From a virus (taxonomy: Duplodnaviria; Caudoviricetes): a stretch of 46,716 bases of DNA. The stretch covers positions 1 to 46,716 of the IMG/VR virus record IMGVR_UViG_3300005758_001789; one strand, 5' to 3'. The position numbers and the translations under genes are program-made. Position 1 is the first letter of the stretch. Each line of letters opens with the position of its first letter. Shown here in pieces: positions 28,276-38,176 of this stretch. The notes below the pieces were generated by a model. That model ran no database searches and was not told the DNA's origin. It saw nothing but the letters and a program-made list of their open reading frames with translations.

Positions 28276-28886
28276 AATATCAAGATTTTGTCATCAATAA
28301 CGGAGTAATGATAGGTAAATTTGAAGAAATGTACCAGGTGTTTGATGACCCTTGGGAACAAAGCACAAGAGAAAAATTTGCTTTAGAAAAGCAAATTGCT
28401 TTACAATTGCTAAAAAAAAATAACCATAAAAGTCCCATTGAGATTGGATGCGGACATGGTCATTTTACAAATGAAATATACAAGTCTGTAGGCAACGCTG
28501 CAGGCGTCGACATATCACATTCGGCTATTCAAAAAGCGAAAAATTTATATCCTCATTGTAATTTTTATTGTTCTGACATCTCAGATATTTCAATGATTAA
28601 AACTGCTGACATCGACTGTATAATGCTTGTTGAAGTTACATGGTATGTGCTAGATAAATTAGAAAAATTCAAAAAAGATATTTCAGTTTTTAAAAATATT
28701 GGATTTTTTCATAGCCTCATGACGTATAAATCAGGACAGCAACAATACGGTAAAAATTACTTTACGAATGGTGATGAAATAAAAGAATATTTTTCTGATG
28801 TAATTGACATAACAGATTTCGGTGAAATTGGTCATAAAGATTATGATGGTGGGAAAAGAACATTTTTTTACGGAAAAATTAGATGA
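28272..28886 (+). CDS. class I SAM-dependent methyltransferase
   Basis: EIGCGHG, GVDIS; N-terminal DDPW reminiscent of NodS-like enzymes. Confidence 0.85.
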   Translation: MKYQDFVINNGVMIGKFEEMYQVFDDPWEQSTREKFALEKQIALQLLKKNNHKSPIEIGCGHGHFTNEIYKSVGNAAGVDISHSAIQKAKNLYPHCNFYCSDISDISMIKTADIDCIMLVEVTWYVLDKLEKFKKDISVFKNIGFFHSLMTYKSGQQQYGKNYFTNGDEIKEYFSDVIDITDFGEIGHKDYDGGKRTFFYGKIR

Positions 28887-29842
28887 GAAAAGTATATTAC
28901 AACGGAGATTTTGTTGACGAGTCAGAAGCAAAAATTTCCATTTATGATTCAGCCTTAATGTATGGTGATATGGTGTTTGAAATGACACGGTCTTTCAACA
29001 AGAAGCAGTTTAAACTTCGAGAACACCTTGAAAGATTGTACTGTTCTATGAAATATTTACAGATTCCTATTCCAATGTCAATTGATGAAATGGAAGAAGC
29101 TGCCAACGAAACAGTAGAAATTAATGACAAATTTTTTCAGGAAGATGATGAGCATCGTTTGATGATAGACGTAACAAGAGGGCTTCTTCCTATCTACGAA
29201 AATAATGTGCCAGGAATAAAAAGTGGGGTCAACGTTATAATAGCAGATTACCCCTTACGATGGACTGTTTCAAATTTAGGTCATTTGTACGATTGTGGAA
29301 TTAATTTGGTTTTAGTTTCTCAAAGGGTAATTCCTGCTGATCTATTGGAGCCAAAAATTAAAAACAGAAGTAGAATACACTATTTGTTAGCTAGTCAGCA
29401 AGCTGCGCAAATTGCAGGTTCTGACAATTGGCCTCTCATGCTTGACCCCGATGGATTTGTAGCAGAAGGGCCAGGAAACAATATTTTTATTGTAAAAAAT
29501 GGTAAAGTTATAACACCTGAAGGAAGAAATATCCTTAGAGGAATTAGCAGAGAGTATATTTTCCATATCTGTGAGCAATTGAACATTGAATGCATAGAAA
29601 AAAATATAAATCAATATGATGTTGTGATTGCGGATGAAGCGTTTACAACCGCAACACCATTTTGTTTATTACCTGCAACAAAATTTAATGACCAACCAAT
29701 AGGTGATGGGAAAGTTGGAACAATTACTCAAAAGATTCTAGATCAATGGAGTTCCAATGTAGGCGTAAATATTGGACAGCAAATAAAAAACTGGAAACCA
29801 AAAGACGGATCGAACATCAACCCTTACCAATTTAAAAAATGA
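28883..29842 (+). CDS. PLP fold-type IV aminotransferase (IlvE/D-amino-acid aminotransferase family)
   Basis: YGDMVFE, EHLERL, KIKNRSRIHY, AEGPGNNIF, ILRGISR, ADEAF, IGDGKVG. Confidence 0.9.
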   Translation: MRKVYYNGDFVDESEAKISIYDSALMYGDMVFEMTRSFNKKQFKLREHLERLYCSMKYLQIPIPMSIDEMEEAANETVEINDKFFQEDDEHRLMIDVTRGLLPIYENNVPGIKSGVNVIIADYPLRWTVSNLGHLYDCGINLVLVSQRVIPADLLEPKIKNRSRIHYLLASQQAAQIAGSDNWPLMLDPDGFVAEGPGNNIFIVKNGKVITPEGRNILRGISREYIFHICEQLNIECIEKNINQYDVVIADEAFTTATPFCLLPATKFNDQPIGDGKVGTITQKILDQWSSNVGVNIGQQIKNWKPKDGSNINPYQFKK

Positions 29843-30606
29843 AATTTTTAGGAATTATACAAGGTCGTCTAACTAAACCCGATGAAGGTTTTCAAATTTG
29901 TCCAACAAATTGGCAAAGAGAATTTGTTGATTTACTAACACTACGACTTACACACATTGAATGGATTATCACATCTGATAGACACACAGATAACCCCTTC
30001 TTTACAGAAGATATTTCTAATTTTCCTGTGTCTAGTATATGTTTAGACAATCTTGTTGACACAAGAATAACAGAAGAAAAATTCTTAGAAAGCAACTTGA
30101 TACCTGCATGCGAAAGAATTAGACAATTAAATTGTAAGTCTATTACAATTCCTTTATTAGAAAATTCTTCAATAGAAGACAATGACAAATATGATAGATT
30201 CTTAAGAATTTTTTCAGGTGTTACCAGAGCCTATAAAGATATCAATTTTTGTGTCGAAACTGAGTTATCTCTTAAAAAACTAATAAAACTTTGCGATATT
30301 GGTGACAATATCAAAGTAACATACGATACCGGAAATACAACTTCTTACGGTATTTCTCACGAAGATTATATTAGTGAACTTTTTTCTAGAATAGAACATG
30401 TTCATCTAAAAGATAGAACTTTTGATGCAAAAACCAAAGAACCTGGCCAAGGTGATACACCTTTCACAAGAATTTTTTCAAAATTAAAAACCAAAAATTA
30501 TGAAAAATTCTATACTTTACAAACTGCAAGGTGTACTTCAGGTGAAGAATTAAATACAATCGAAAGGCATTCAAAATTCTTAAGAAAGATATATGACGCC
30601 TCATAA
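29839..30606 (+). CDS. sugar-phosphate isomerase/epimerase (xylose-isomerase-like TIM barrel)
   Basis: GIIQGRL, IEW, IPLLE, YDTGN, HVHLKDR, GQGD. Confidence 0.8.
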   Translation: MKFLGIIQGRLTKPDEGFQICPTNWQREFVDLLTLRLTHIEWIITSDRHTDNPFFTEDISNFPVSSICLDNLVDTRITEEKFLESNLIPACERIRQLNCKSITIPLLENSSIEDNDKYDRFLRIFSGVTRAYKDINFCVETELSLKKLIKLCDIGDNIKVTYDTGNTTSYGISHEDYISELFSRIEHVHLKDRTFDAKTKEPGQGDTPFTRIFSKLKTKNYEKFYTLQTARCTSGEELNTIERHSKFLRKIYDAS

Positions 30607-31417
30607 TCAATTTGACCTTTCAGAAAAAACTGTTTTAATTACAGGAGCTGCTGGATTGTTAGGTCCTAAGCATGCCGAAGCTGTTCTTGAATTTGGCGCT
30701 TCAGTAATTTTAACAGACGTAGATGAAACCAACTTAGTTAAAACTGAAAAAACTCTTAGGGGTAAATTTGGAAATGATAAAGTTTTTAGTTTGTTGATGG
30801 ACGTTACATCTAAACATTCAATTCAAAAAGCAATGAATCAATTTCAAAAAATTGATGTGCTTATCAACAATGCAGCAAAAGATCCTAAAGTAAAAAAAGA
30901 TTCATCTTTAGGTCCTGAAACAAGATTTGAATTGATGACTGAGGAATATTGGAAAGATGGTCTAGATGCCATAATCAATGGAACATTTTTATGTTCTCAA
31001 GCATTTTGTAACAAGCTTTTATCTAAAAATCACCAAGGCGTAATTGTCAATATTGCTTCAGATTTAAGTGTGATTGCACCTGATCAAAGAATTTATAGAA
31101 ATCCGCTGTTGGCGGATGAGTTGCAAAACGTAAAACCAATTACATACTCAGCAGCAAAGTGGGCCATTGTTGGAATGACAAAATATTTGGCTACATACTT
31201 TGCGAAAAGCGGAATTAGAGTAAATTGTTTAAGCCCAACAGGGGTGTACAATAACCATCCGCAAGAATTTGTTGAAAAATTATCCAACATTATTCCTATG
31301 AATAGAATGGCTAATATCGATGAATACAAAGGAGCAATAGTTTTTCTTTGCTCGAACGCCAGCAGTTATATGACTGGTCATAACATGGTAATTGATGGTG
31401 GAAAAACAGTTTGGTGA
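30593..31417 (+). CDS. short-chain dehydrogenase/reductase (PtmA-like)
   Basis: ITGAAGLLG, DVLINNAA, NIASD, YSAAK, IRVNCLSP, YMTGHNMVIDGG. Confidence 0.9.
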   Translation: MTPHNQFDLSEKTVLITGAAGLLGPKHAEAVLEFGASVILTDVDETNLVKTEKTLRGKFGNDKVFSLLMDVTSKHSIQKAMNQFQKIDVLINNAAKDPKVKKDSSLGPETRFELMTEEYWKDGLDAIINGTFLCSQAFCNKLLSKNHQGVIVNIASDLSVIAPDQRIYRNPLLADELQNVKPITYSAAKWAIVGMTKYLATYFAKSGIRVNCLSPTGVYNNHPQEFVEKLSNIIPMNRMANIDEYKGAIVFLCSNASSYMTGHNMVIDGGKTVW

Positions 31418-31431
31418 AAGTGAGAAAAATT

Positions 31432-32265
31432 ATGTCAACTTATATCATAGCAGAAATTGGAATCAATCACAATGGCGACATCAACTTGGCAAAAGAACTA
31501 ATTGATAAAGCTAAGTCGGCCGGTTGCAATGCGGTAAAGTTTCAAAAAAGAGACATTGAAAGTGTTTATACAAAAGAAGAACTTGATGCTCCTCGTGAAA
31601 GTCCATGGGGTACAACCAATAGGCAACAAAAAGAAGGATTAGAGTTTTCTGTGGAGCAGTACAAAGAATTAGCAGCTTACACGAGATCTCTTGGAATGCA
31701 TTTTGGTGTATCTTGTTGGGATATCAATTCGATTGAATTGTTAGAAGAAAATGTAAAGTTAGATTTTCATAAAGTTGCGTCTGCACTTCTCACACATAAA
31801 CAATTTTTGCAAGCATTGAAAAAGACAGGAAAAAAGATAATTGTTTCTACAGGAATGTCATCAGATGATGAAGTTACAGCCGCAATGAAACTTTTGGGAA
31901 ATTCTGTAGAATATGTTTTAGCATGCACCAGCACGTATCCTAGTAAAGCAGAAGAGATTAATCTAAAGTATATCGATACGTTAAAAGCTTTATACCCTGA
32001 AACTAAAGTAGGATTTTCAAATCATTATAATGGTCATGATGCATGTGTTGCAGCTGTCGCACGTGGTGCAGAATGCGTTGAATTTCACATAACAAAAGAT
32101 AGATCAATGTATGGATCTGATCAATCAGCATCCATTGAAAATGTAAATGAACTTGTCAATGCCGTTAGAACAACTGAAAAAATGTTAGGAACAGGGCAAA
32201 AGATTGTTCTTGATTCTGAGAAACCAATTCTAAAAAAGCTAAGAAAAGTTTCTAATATAGTTTGA
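31432..32265 (+). CDS. neuB: N-acetylneuraminate synthase-family (NeuB) ulosonate synthase, no C-terminal SAF/AFP-like domain
   Basis: IIAEIGINHNGD, AVKFQKR, KVASA, VSTGMS, CTSTYP, GFSNH, VEFHIT, GSDQSAS; 277 aa. Confidence 0.92.
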   Translation: MSTYIIAEIGINHNGDINLAKELIDKAKSAGCNAVKFQKRDIESVYTKEELDAPRESPWGTTNRQQKEGLEFSVEQYKELAAYTRSLGMHFGVSCWDINSIELLEENVKLDFHKVASALLTHKQFLQALKKTGKKIIVSTGMSSDDEVTAAMKLLGNSVEYVLACTSTYPSKAEEINLKYIDTLKALYPETKVGFSNHYNGHDACVAAVARGAECVEFHITKDRSMYGSDQSASIENVNELVNAVRTTEKMLGTGQKIVLDSEKPILKKLRKVSNIV

Positions 32266-32277
32266 AAGATTCTAATA

Positions 32278-32631
32278 ATGACAACAGAAAACTGTATTCA
32301 TCCAAAAGGTTGGGGATATGAAAAGTGGATAGTTAATAAACCCCAATATTGTGGAAAGCTTCTATATTTCAATGCTGGAAAAAAATGTTCTTGGCATTAT
32401 CATAAAATTAAAGATGAAGTTTTTTATCTTCAATCAGGAAAAATGATTGTTAAATTTTCAGAACAAGATTCAATTGAAAATTCAAAAGAAATTATTTTAA
32501 ATGCTGGCGATTCATTTCATGTTTATGTAGGATTAAGGCATCAAATGATTGCTCTTGAAAATTCTGAGCTTTTTGAATTTTCAACGCAGCATTTTGAAGA
32601 AGATAGCTATAGATTGCAAAAGGGTGATTGA
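32278..32631 (+). CDS. cupin protein (sugar isomerase-like)
   Basis: PKGWGYE, CSWHYHKIKDEVFY, LRHQM, EFSTQH. Confidence 0.8.
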   Translation: MTTENCIHPKGWGYEKWIVNKPQYCGKLLYFNAGKKCSWHYHKIKDEVFYLQSGKMIVKFSEQDSIENSKEIILNAGDSFHVYVGLRHQMIALENSELFEFSTQHFEEDSYRLQKGD

Positions 32632-32632
32632 G

Positions 32633-32932
32633 TTGTCTAAAGTTTATTTTATTGATATAGACGAAACAATTTGTTTTTACGAAAATGTTCGAGAATATCA
32701 ATTCGCAAAACCTTACAAAGATAGAATTGATAAAATCAATAATCTTTACGATGACGGAAATTATATAGTTTATTGGACAGCAAGAGGAAGCAAAACTGGA
32801 ATTGATTGGTTTCCTCTTACTGAACAACAACTAAATTCTTGGGGAGTCAAGTATCATGAATTACGCTGTGATAAGCCGTATTATGACATTTTTGTTGACG
32901 ACAAATCAATAGATTCTATAGACAAGCTATGA
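32633..32932 (+). CDS. capless HAD-superfamily phosphatase
   Basis: FIDIDETI (DxD), [15 protein letters not shown]; start uncertain (TTG 32633 or GTG 32624). Confidence 0.8.
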   Translation: MSKVYFIDIDETICFYENVREYQFAKPYKDRIDKINNLYDDGNYIVYWTARGSKTGIDWFPLTEQQLNSWGVKYHELRCDKPYYDIFVDDKSIDSIDKL

Positions 32933-33903
32933 ACAAAAGAGCATTAATAACAGGCGTTACAGGACAAGACGGTTCATATCTTACCGAATTGCTTCTTAAA
33001 AAGAATTACACAGTAATTGGAATAAAAAGAAGAACTTCAGTTTTGAATACATCGAACATTGATCATTTGTATGAAAATCCCAATCTGAAATTGGTTTATG
33101 GTAACATGAATGATGTGGGGTCGATGTATAAGGTTCTTTCAGATTATCGACCTGATGAAATTTATAACCTAGCGGCACAATCACATGTTAGAACTTCATT
33201 TGACGTACCAGAAGAAACAGTCGATGCTGTAGCCATGGGCACAATGAGATTAATGGAAGCATGCAAGAATATTGTTCCATTAGCTAAATTTTATCAAGCC
33301 TCTTCTTCAGAAATGTTTGGAGACAACGCTGAAGAACTAAAAAATGAAGACACTAAGATGATGCCTGCATCACCTTATGCAGCTGCAAAACTATTCTCAC
33401 ATAACCTAATCAGAAATTATAGAATAGGTTACGGAATGCATGCATCATCAGGCATTCTTTTTAATCATGAATCGCCTCGTAGAGGTGAAACTTTTGTTAC
33501 CAGAAAAATAACTAAAGCTGTCGCTAGAATAAAGCTTGGAAAGCAAAATGTGCTTAAGCTTGGAAATATGGACGCGTATAGAGATTGGGGTTTTGCTGGT
33601 GATTATGTTGAAGCAATGTGGTTGATGCTTCAGCAAGATACTCCTGATGACTATGTCATCGCCACAGGAGAAACTCATACGGTTCGTGAGTTTGTCGAAG
33701 CAACGTTTGAGTTAGCAGGATTAGATTATAAAAAATACATAGAAATAGATCCTAGACTGTATCGCCCTCATGAAGTTCCACACCTTTTAGGTGATTCATC
33801 TAAGGCTCAAAATAAATTAGGATGGAAACCAAAACATACGTTTAAAGACCTTGTCAAACTGATGTATGAGGCAGATTTAGAAAAAGAAACTAAACAGCAA
33901 TGA
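32929..33903 (+). CDS. gmd: GDP-mannose 4,6-dehydratase
   Basis: [62 protein letters not shown]. Confidence 0.96.
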   Translation: MNKRALITGVTGQDGSYLTELLLKKNYTVIGIKRRTSVLNTSNIDHLYENPNLKLVYGNMNDVGSMYKVLSDYRPDEIYNLAAQSHVRTSFDVPEETVDAVAMGTMRLMEACKNIVPLAKFYQASSSEMFGDNAEELKNEDTKMMPASPYAAAKLFSHNLIRNYRIGYGMHASSGILFNHESPRRGETFVTRKITKAVARIKLGKQNVLKLGNMDAYRDWGFAGDYVEAMWLMLQQDTPDDYVIATGETHTVREFVEATFELAGLDYKKYIEIDPRLYRPHEVPHLLGDSSKAQNKLGWKPKHTFKDLVKLMYEADLEKETKQQ

Positions 33904-34829
33904 AAGCAACTATATTTGGCTCATCAGGTCTTTTAGGTCAAGCTCTTCAAAAAACATGTGAAAAACATAGTTTGTATTGTCCATCATCATCTCAACTTGA
34001 CCTTAGAGGCAAAGGTTTTGGAAATTCAATAGACAACAAAGATTTATGGATCAACGCTGCTGCAAAAGTAGGAGGGGTCAAACATAACACATCCTGTATA
34101 GCAGATTTTTATAAAGAAAACATTGAGATAGGAAATAATGTTTTAGAAGAAGCAAAACAATCTAAAGTAAAAAAAGTTGTATCAATACTTTCAACATGCA
34201 TATATCCTGATGCAGAATATGTAACTTACCCCTTGACAGAAGAACAATTACATTTAGGCCCTCCGCATGTTTCTAATTTTGGTTATGCATATGCAAAAAG
34301 AATGTTAGATGTCGCATCAAGAGCTTATAGACAACAATGGAATTGTAATTTTGTCACTGTAGTTCCTAACAACTTATATGGTCCTCATGACAATTATGAT
34401 ATTAATAACGGCCATGTAATACCATCTTTAATTAGAAAGTTTTTTGAGGCCCATCTAAGAAAGCAAGACGTTGTAATTTGGGGATCAGGTAAAGCTCTTA
34501 GAGAATTCACTTTTTCTGAAGATGCCGCTAAAATCATATGGTGGGCGGTAGAAAATTACAATGAAGAAACACCTATCAACATTGGAAATACCGAAGAGAT
34601 ATCCATTAAAAATCTTGCTGGAACTATTGGAGAGATTATAGGATTTAAAGGAAAAATTGTGTTTGACACGAATCAACCTGAAGGCCAATATAGAAAACCA
34701 ACAAGTAACGCAAAACTTTTGTCAAGAGGATATACTCCTAACTACACCTCAATAGAGGTTGGTCTTACAAAAACAATTGAACATTTTATTTCAAATTATC
34801 CAAACGTTAGAGGAGTTGAAAGGCGTTGA
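33900..34829 (+). CDS. fcl: GDP-L-fucose synthase
   Basis: [47 protein letters not shown]. Confidence 0.93.
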   Translation: MKATIFGSSGLLGQALQKTCEKHSLYCPSSSQLDLRGKGFGNSIDNKDLWINAAAKVGGVKHNTSCIADFYKENIEIGNNVLEEAKQSKVKKVVSILSTCIYPDAEYVTYPLTEEQLHLGPPHVSNFGYAYAKRMLDVASRAYRQQWNCNFVTVVPNNLYGPHDNYDINNGHVIPSLIRKFFEAHLRKQDVVIWGSGKALREFTFSEDAAKIIWWAVENYNEETPINIGNTEEISIKNLAGTIGEIIGFKGKIVFDTNQPEGQYRKPTSNAKLLSRGYTPNYTSIEVGLTKTIEHFISNYPNVRGVERR

Positions 34830-34853
34830 CATCTTCATATTTTGAACTAATAA

Positions 34854-34874
34854 GATAAAGTAAATTACTTTATC
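34854..34874. promoter_or_regulatory. perfect 21 bp palindrome (operator-like) just upstream of the nuclease gene
   Basis: GATAAAGTAA-A-TTACTTTATC ending 3 nt before ATG 34878; TTGACA at 34826-34831. Confidence 0.6.
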
Positions 34875-34877
34875 AAA

Positions 34878-35693
34878 ATGCAAGAAAATACATCTTTCCA
34901 AGTTTTACCTACAGGGAAACCTCATGTTTCATTTTCAGAGGTAAAACTTTGGAAAGAATGTTCATTTAGACACCATCTTTTTCATGTCAAAAAAATAGAT
35001 TTTTCTAAACCATCTCCTGTGTTAGATTTTGGAACTGCCGTCCATGCTTCATGCGAAAAATATCTTCTGACAAGAGAAATGGATCATCAAGTGGCGTTCA
35101 ATCACCTTGAGGAAGCATGGAAAAAGCACGAAGGAAATTCTGATTTTTCAATAGAAGCTTTAGAAAAAGCAAAAATTGAAGCCACGCAAATTTTATCAGA
35201 AGTACCTGAATTTCTCGATAGAGAATTCCACAATTGGGAAGTCGTTGATGCTGAACACCAGCTCTACGAAGCCGTCGAAGGTCATCCTCATGCTTTTAAG
35301 GGATTCATTGACGGTGTTATTAAATCAAAAGGAAAAAGGGGAGAAACAATCTATTGGATCTTAGATTGGAAAACGACACAACGAGGTTGGTTTAGAGAAA
35401 AAAGATCTGATGACATGGTCAAAGCACAGCTTGCTTTATATAAAAACTATTGGTGTCAAAAAAATCCTAATGTTCCTTTCAAGGATGTTAGATGCGGATT
35501 CGTTCTTTTAAAAAAAGCAGCAAAGCCTGGAGAACATTGCGAATTGTTTTCTGTTTCTTTAGGAGAAGTTCCTATAAAGAAATCTCTAAAAGTTGTAGGT
35601 AACATGTTAACCTCTGTAAAAAGAGGAATGGCTATCAAAAATAGAGATTCTTGCACCTACTGCGAATATAAAAATACTGAATTTTGTACGTGA
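34878..35693 (+). CDS. PD-(D/E)XK nuclease, Cas4/AddB-like with Fe-S cysteines
   Basis: SFSE..LWKEC, FGTAVH, GFIDGV, ILDWKT, QLALY, C-terminal CTYCEYKNTEFC. Confidence 0.88.
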   Translation: MQENTSFQVLPTGKPHVSFSEVKLWKECSFRHHLFHVKKIDFSKPSPVLDFGTAVHASCEKYLLTREMDHQVAFNHLEEAWKKHEGNSDFSIEALEKAKIEATQILSEVPEFLDREFHNWEVVDAEHQLYEAVEGHPHAFKGFIDGVIKSKGKRGETIYWILDWKTTQRGWFREKRSDDMVKAQLALYKNYWCQKNPNVPFKDVRCGFVLLKKAAKPGEHCELFSVSLGEVPIKKSLKVVGNMLTSVKRGMAIKNRDSCTYCEYKNTEFCT

Positions 35694-35754
35694 TATAATC
35701 AAAATTTCAGTAAAAAATTATTACAACTTATCAGAAGTAAGTAATATATCCTTG

Positions 35755-36999
35755 ATGCAAAAAAAGACGATTTTAATGTTATGCGATCATCCTTTGTCGA
35801 CATCGGGTGTAGGAACGCAAGCTCGATGGTTGATCAATGGATTAATCAACACAGGTAAGTATAGTTTTAGATGTTTTGGTGGAGCTGTCCGACACGAGAA
35901 TTATGATTTGAATGTCGTTAATCCTGATTTTGTTATTAAGCCTACCAATGGGTTTGGTGATAGAAATTTACTGAGAAAAACTCTAGCCCAATTAAAGCCT
36001 GATGCATTGGTTCTTTTTACAGATCCAAGATTCTTTGTTTGGGTCTGGGAAATGTCAGATGAAATTAGGCAAGTTTGTCCTATAGCTTACTGGCATCTTT
36101 GGGACAATCCTCCCTGGCCTGAATTCAATCGGCCTTATTATGAATCAACTGATTTGATTAATTGTATCAATTATCCAACATATGAAATGGTTCATGAAAG
36201 ATTTCCTGAAAAAACTAATTACATTCCACATGCCCTTCCAAAAGATCTTTATAAACCTTTGCCTGACGAAGAAGTAAAAACAATAAAGAAATCTTTGTTA
36301 GGTCCTGAAAGAATGGACCATTTTATCGTGGGTTATGTCAGCAGAAATGCAAGAAGAAAGATGCCAAGTGACATCGTTCTTTCATGGAAAATGTTTCTGG
36401 ATGATCTACAAGAAAAGCACGGTCACAGAAAAGCAACGCTTGTTATGCATACAGATCCTTTAGATCCTGAAGGACCAAATCTGTTTCAAGTAGTAGATAC
36501 GCTAGACGTAACACAAAATGTTGTCTTTTCAAACAGACGTGTCAATTTTCAGGAGATGAATGCCATCTATAACACCTTCGATACAATTGTCAACAGAAGT
36601 TCAAATGAAGGTTTTGGTCTTCCTACGCTTGAAGCTGCCATGTGTGGAAAGCCAATAATTGCAATAAAGACAGGAGGTCTAACCAGGCAGGTTGTAGATC
36701 ATGAGTCAGGAGAAATGTATGGAATTGGTATTGATCCTGAAACAAGATCTTTGGTAGGTAATCAAAATGTTCCTTACATTTTTGAGGATTTGATTACGCA
36801 TAAGACGTTGGCGGCAGCATTCATGAAAATGTACGATTTAGGACCAGAAGAAAGAAAAAAGTTAGGTATCAAGGCAATGAATCACGCCCACAGAGATTAC
36901 GATTTAGATAAAGTAGTTGGTGACTGGGATACGACCCTTACTAAATTGATAGATGGTTGGAAAGAGAATAAATCAACTTGGACCCATACGGAGTTTTGA
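35755..36999 (+). CDS. glycosyltransferase family 4
   Basis: DHPLSTSGVG, RNARRK, SSNEGFGLPTLEAAMCGKPII. Confidence 0.9.
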   Translation: MQKKTILMLCDHPLSTSGVGTQARWLINGLINTGKYSFRCFGGAVRHENYDLNVVNPDFVIKPTNGFGDRNLLRKTLAQLKPDALVLFTDPRFFVWVWEMSDEIRQVCPIAYWHLWDNPPWPEFNRPYYESTDLINCINYPTYEMVHERFPEKTNYIPHALPKDLYKPLPDEEVKTIKKSLLGPERMDHFIVGYVSRNARRKMPSDIVLSWKMFLDDLQEKHGHRKATLVMHTDPLDPEGPNLFQVVDTLDVTQNVVFSNRRVNFQEMNAIYNTFDTIVNRSSNEGFGLPTLEAAMCGKPIIAIKTGGLTRQVVDHESGEMYGIGIDPETRSLVGNQNVPYIFEDLITHKTLAAAFMKMYDLGPEERKKLGIKAMNHAHRDYDLDKVVGDWDTTLTKLIDGWKENKSTWTHTEF

Positions 37000-37000
37000 T

Positions 37001-38176
37001 ATGAAAAAAGTTATTCTACGAGGCCCCGCCCTAACACAATCAGGTTATGGAGTTCATTGTCGTCAAGTAGCTAAGTGGTTGTTGTCTAAAGATTCAATTG
37101 ATCTTAAGTTTCAAGCACTTCCATGGGGTGATACACCATGGTTGATTAATTCTTCAAAAAACGAATTAATAGAAAAAATAATGAAAAAAACTATTGACCT
37201 ATCTGAATCTGCTGAAAAGAAATTTGATGTTTCTTTTCAACTTCAACTTCCAAATGAATGGGATTCAACGCTTGCTTCTTATAACGTAGGTATGACAGCA
37301 GCGGTTGAGACGGATATTTGCAATACACAATGGGTAGAAGCTTGCAACAAGATGGATATGATCGTTGTTCCATCAAAACACGCAGCTGAATGTATAACTC
37401 GATCTGGTAATCTTATGAAACCTATTGTTGTTATACCTGAATCATACTGCGAAGAAATAGACTTAGATGACGTCGAGTCGACAATAGAAAAACTTCCAAA
37501 ATTTTCTACGGGTTTCAATTTCCTTATTTTTGGTCAAATTACAGGCGACAATCCAATGAATGATAGGAAAAATATATTTTTCACTATCAAATGGTTGTGC
37601 GAAGCATTTGAAAATGATCCTGATGTAGGTATCATCATTAAAACAAACATGGGAAGAAACACGTGCATAGACAAAAAGAAATCCAGCGGATTGATCAAAG
37701 CTATCATTAAAGAATGTAGAAAAGAATCATTTCCTAAAATACATTTATTACATGGGGAAATGCCTGACACTGAGGTAGCGGCCCTTTACAAGCATCCGCA
37801 AGTAAAAGCTTTGGTAAGTACGACAAGAGGTGAAGGATATGGTCTCCCTATTTTAGAAGCAGCTGCCAGTGGACTACCTGTCATTGCCACGGGTTGGTCA
37901 GGACATACTGACTTTTTAAACCACGGGAAATATATCGGCTTATCATATGCTCTGCGAAACATTCATTCTAGTCGTGTTGACAATAGAATTTTTATGAAAG
38001 ATGCCAAATGGGCTGAAGTACACGAAGAAGATTTCAAGAAAAAGATTATAAAGTTTAGAAATTCAAGTTCAGCTCCTAAAGAATGGGCAGTAGAATTGTC
38101 TAAAAAAATCAAGCAAAATTATTGTTTTGATGCCGTCTGCAAAGAATATGATGAAACTTTTAAGGATCATCTATGA
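37001..38176 (+). CDS. glycosyltransferase family 4
   Basis: SGYGVH, DRKN, TRGEGYGLPILEAAASGLPVIATGWSGHTDF; start set at ATG 37001. Confidence 0.9.
   Translation: MKKVILRGPALTQSGYGVHCRQVAKWLLSKDSIDLKFQALPWGDTPWLINSSKNELIEKIMKKTIDLSESAEKKFDVSFQLQLPNEWDSTLASYNVGMTAAVETDICNTQWVEACNKMDMIVVPSKHAAECITRSGNLMKPIVVIPESYCEEIDLDDVESTIEKLPKFSTGFNFLIFGQITGDNPMNDRKNIFFTIKWLCEAFENDPDVGIIIKTNMGRNTCIDKKKSSGLIKAIIKECRKESFPKIHLLHGEMPDTEVAALYKHPQVKALVSTTRGEGYGLPILEAAASGLPVIATGWSGHTDFLNHGKYIGLSYALRNIHSSRVDNRIFMKDAKWAEVHEEDFKKKIIKFRNSSSAPKEWAVELSKKIKQNYCFDAVCKEYDETFKDHL

Noticed and set aside
16039-34829. Ordinary bacterial O-antigen or capsule locus
   Set aside because: No flippase, polymerase, chain-length regulator, exporter or undecaprenyl-phosphate initiator; flanked by phage genes.
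34878-35693. CRISPR-Cas system (Cas4-like plus DinG, as in type IV)
   Set aside because: No repeat-spacer array and no cas1/2/5/6/7 seen; the two genes are about 22 kb apart.
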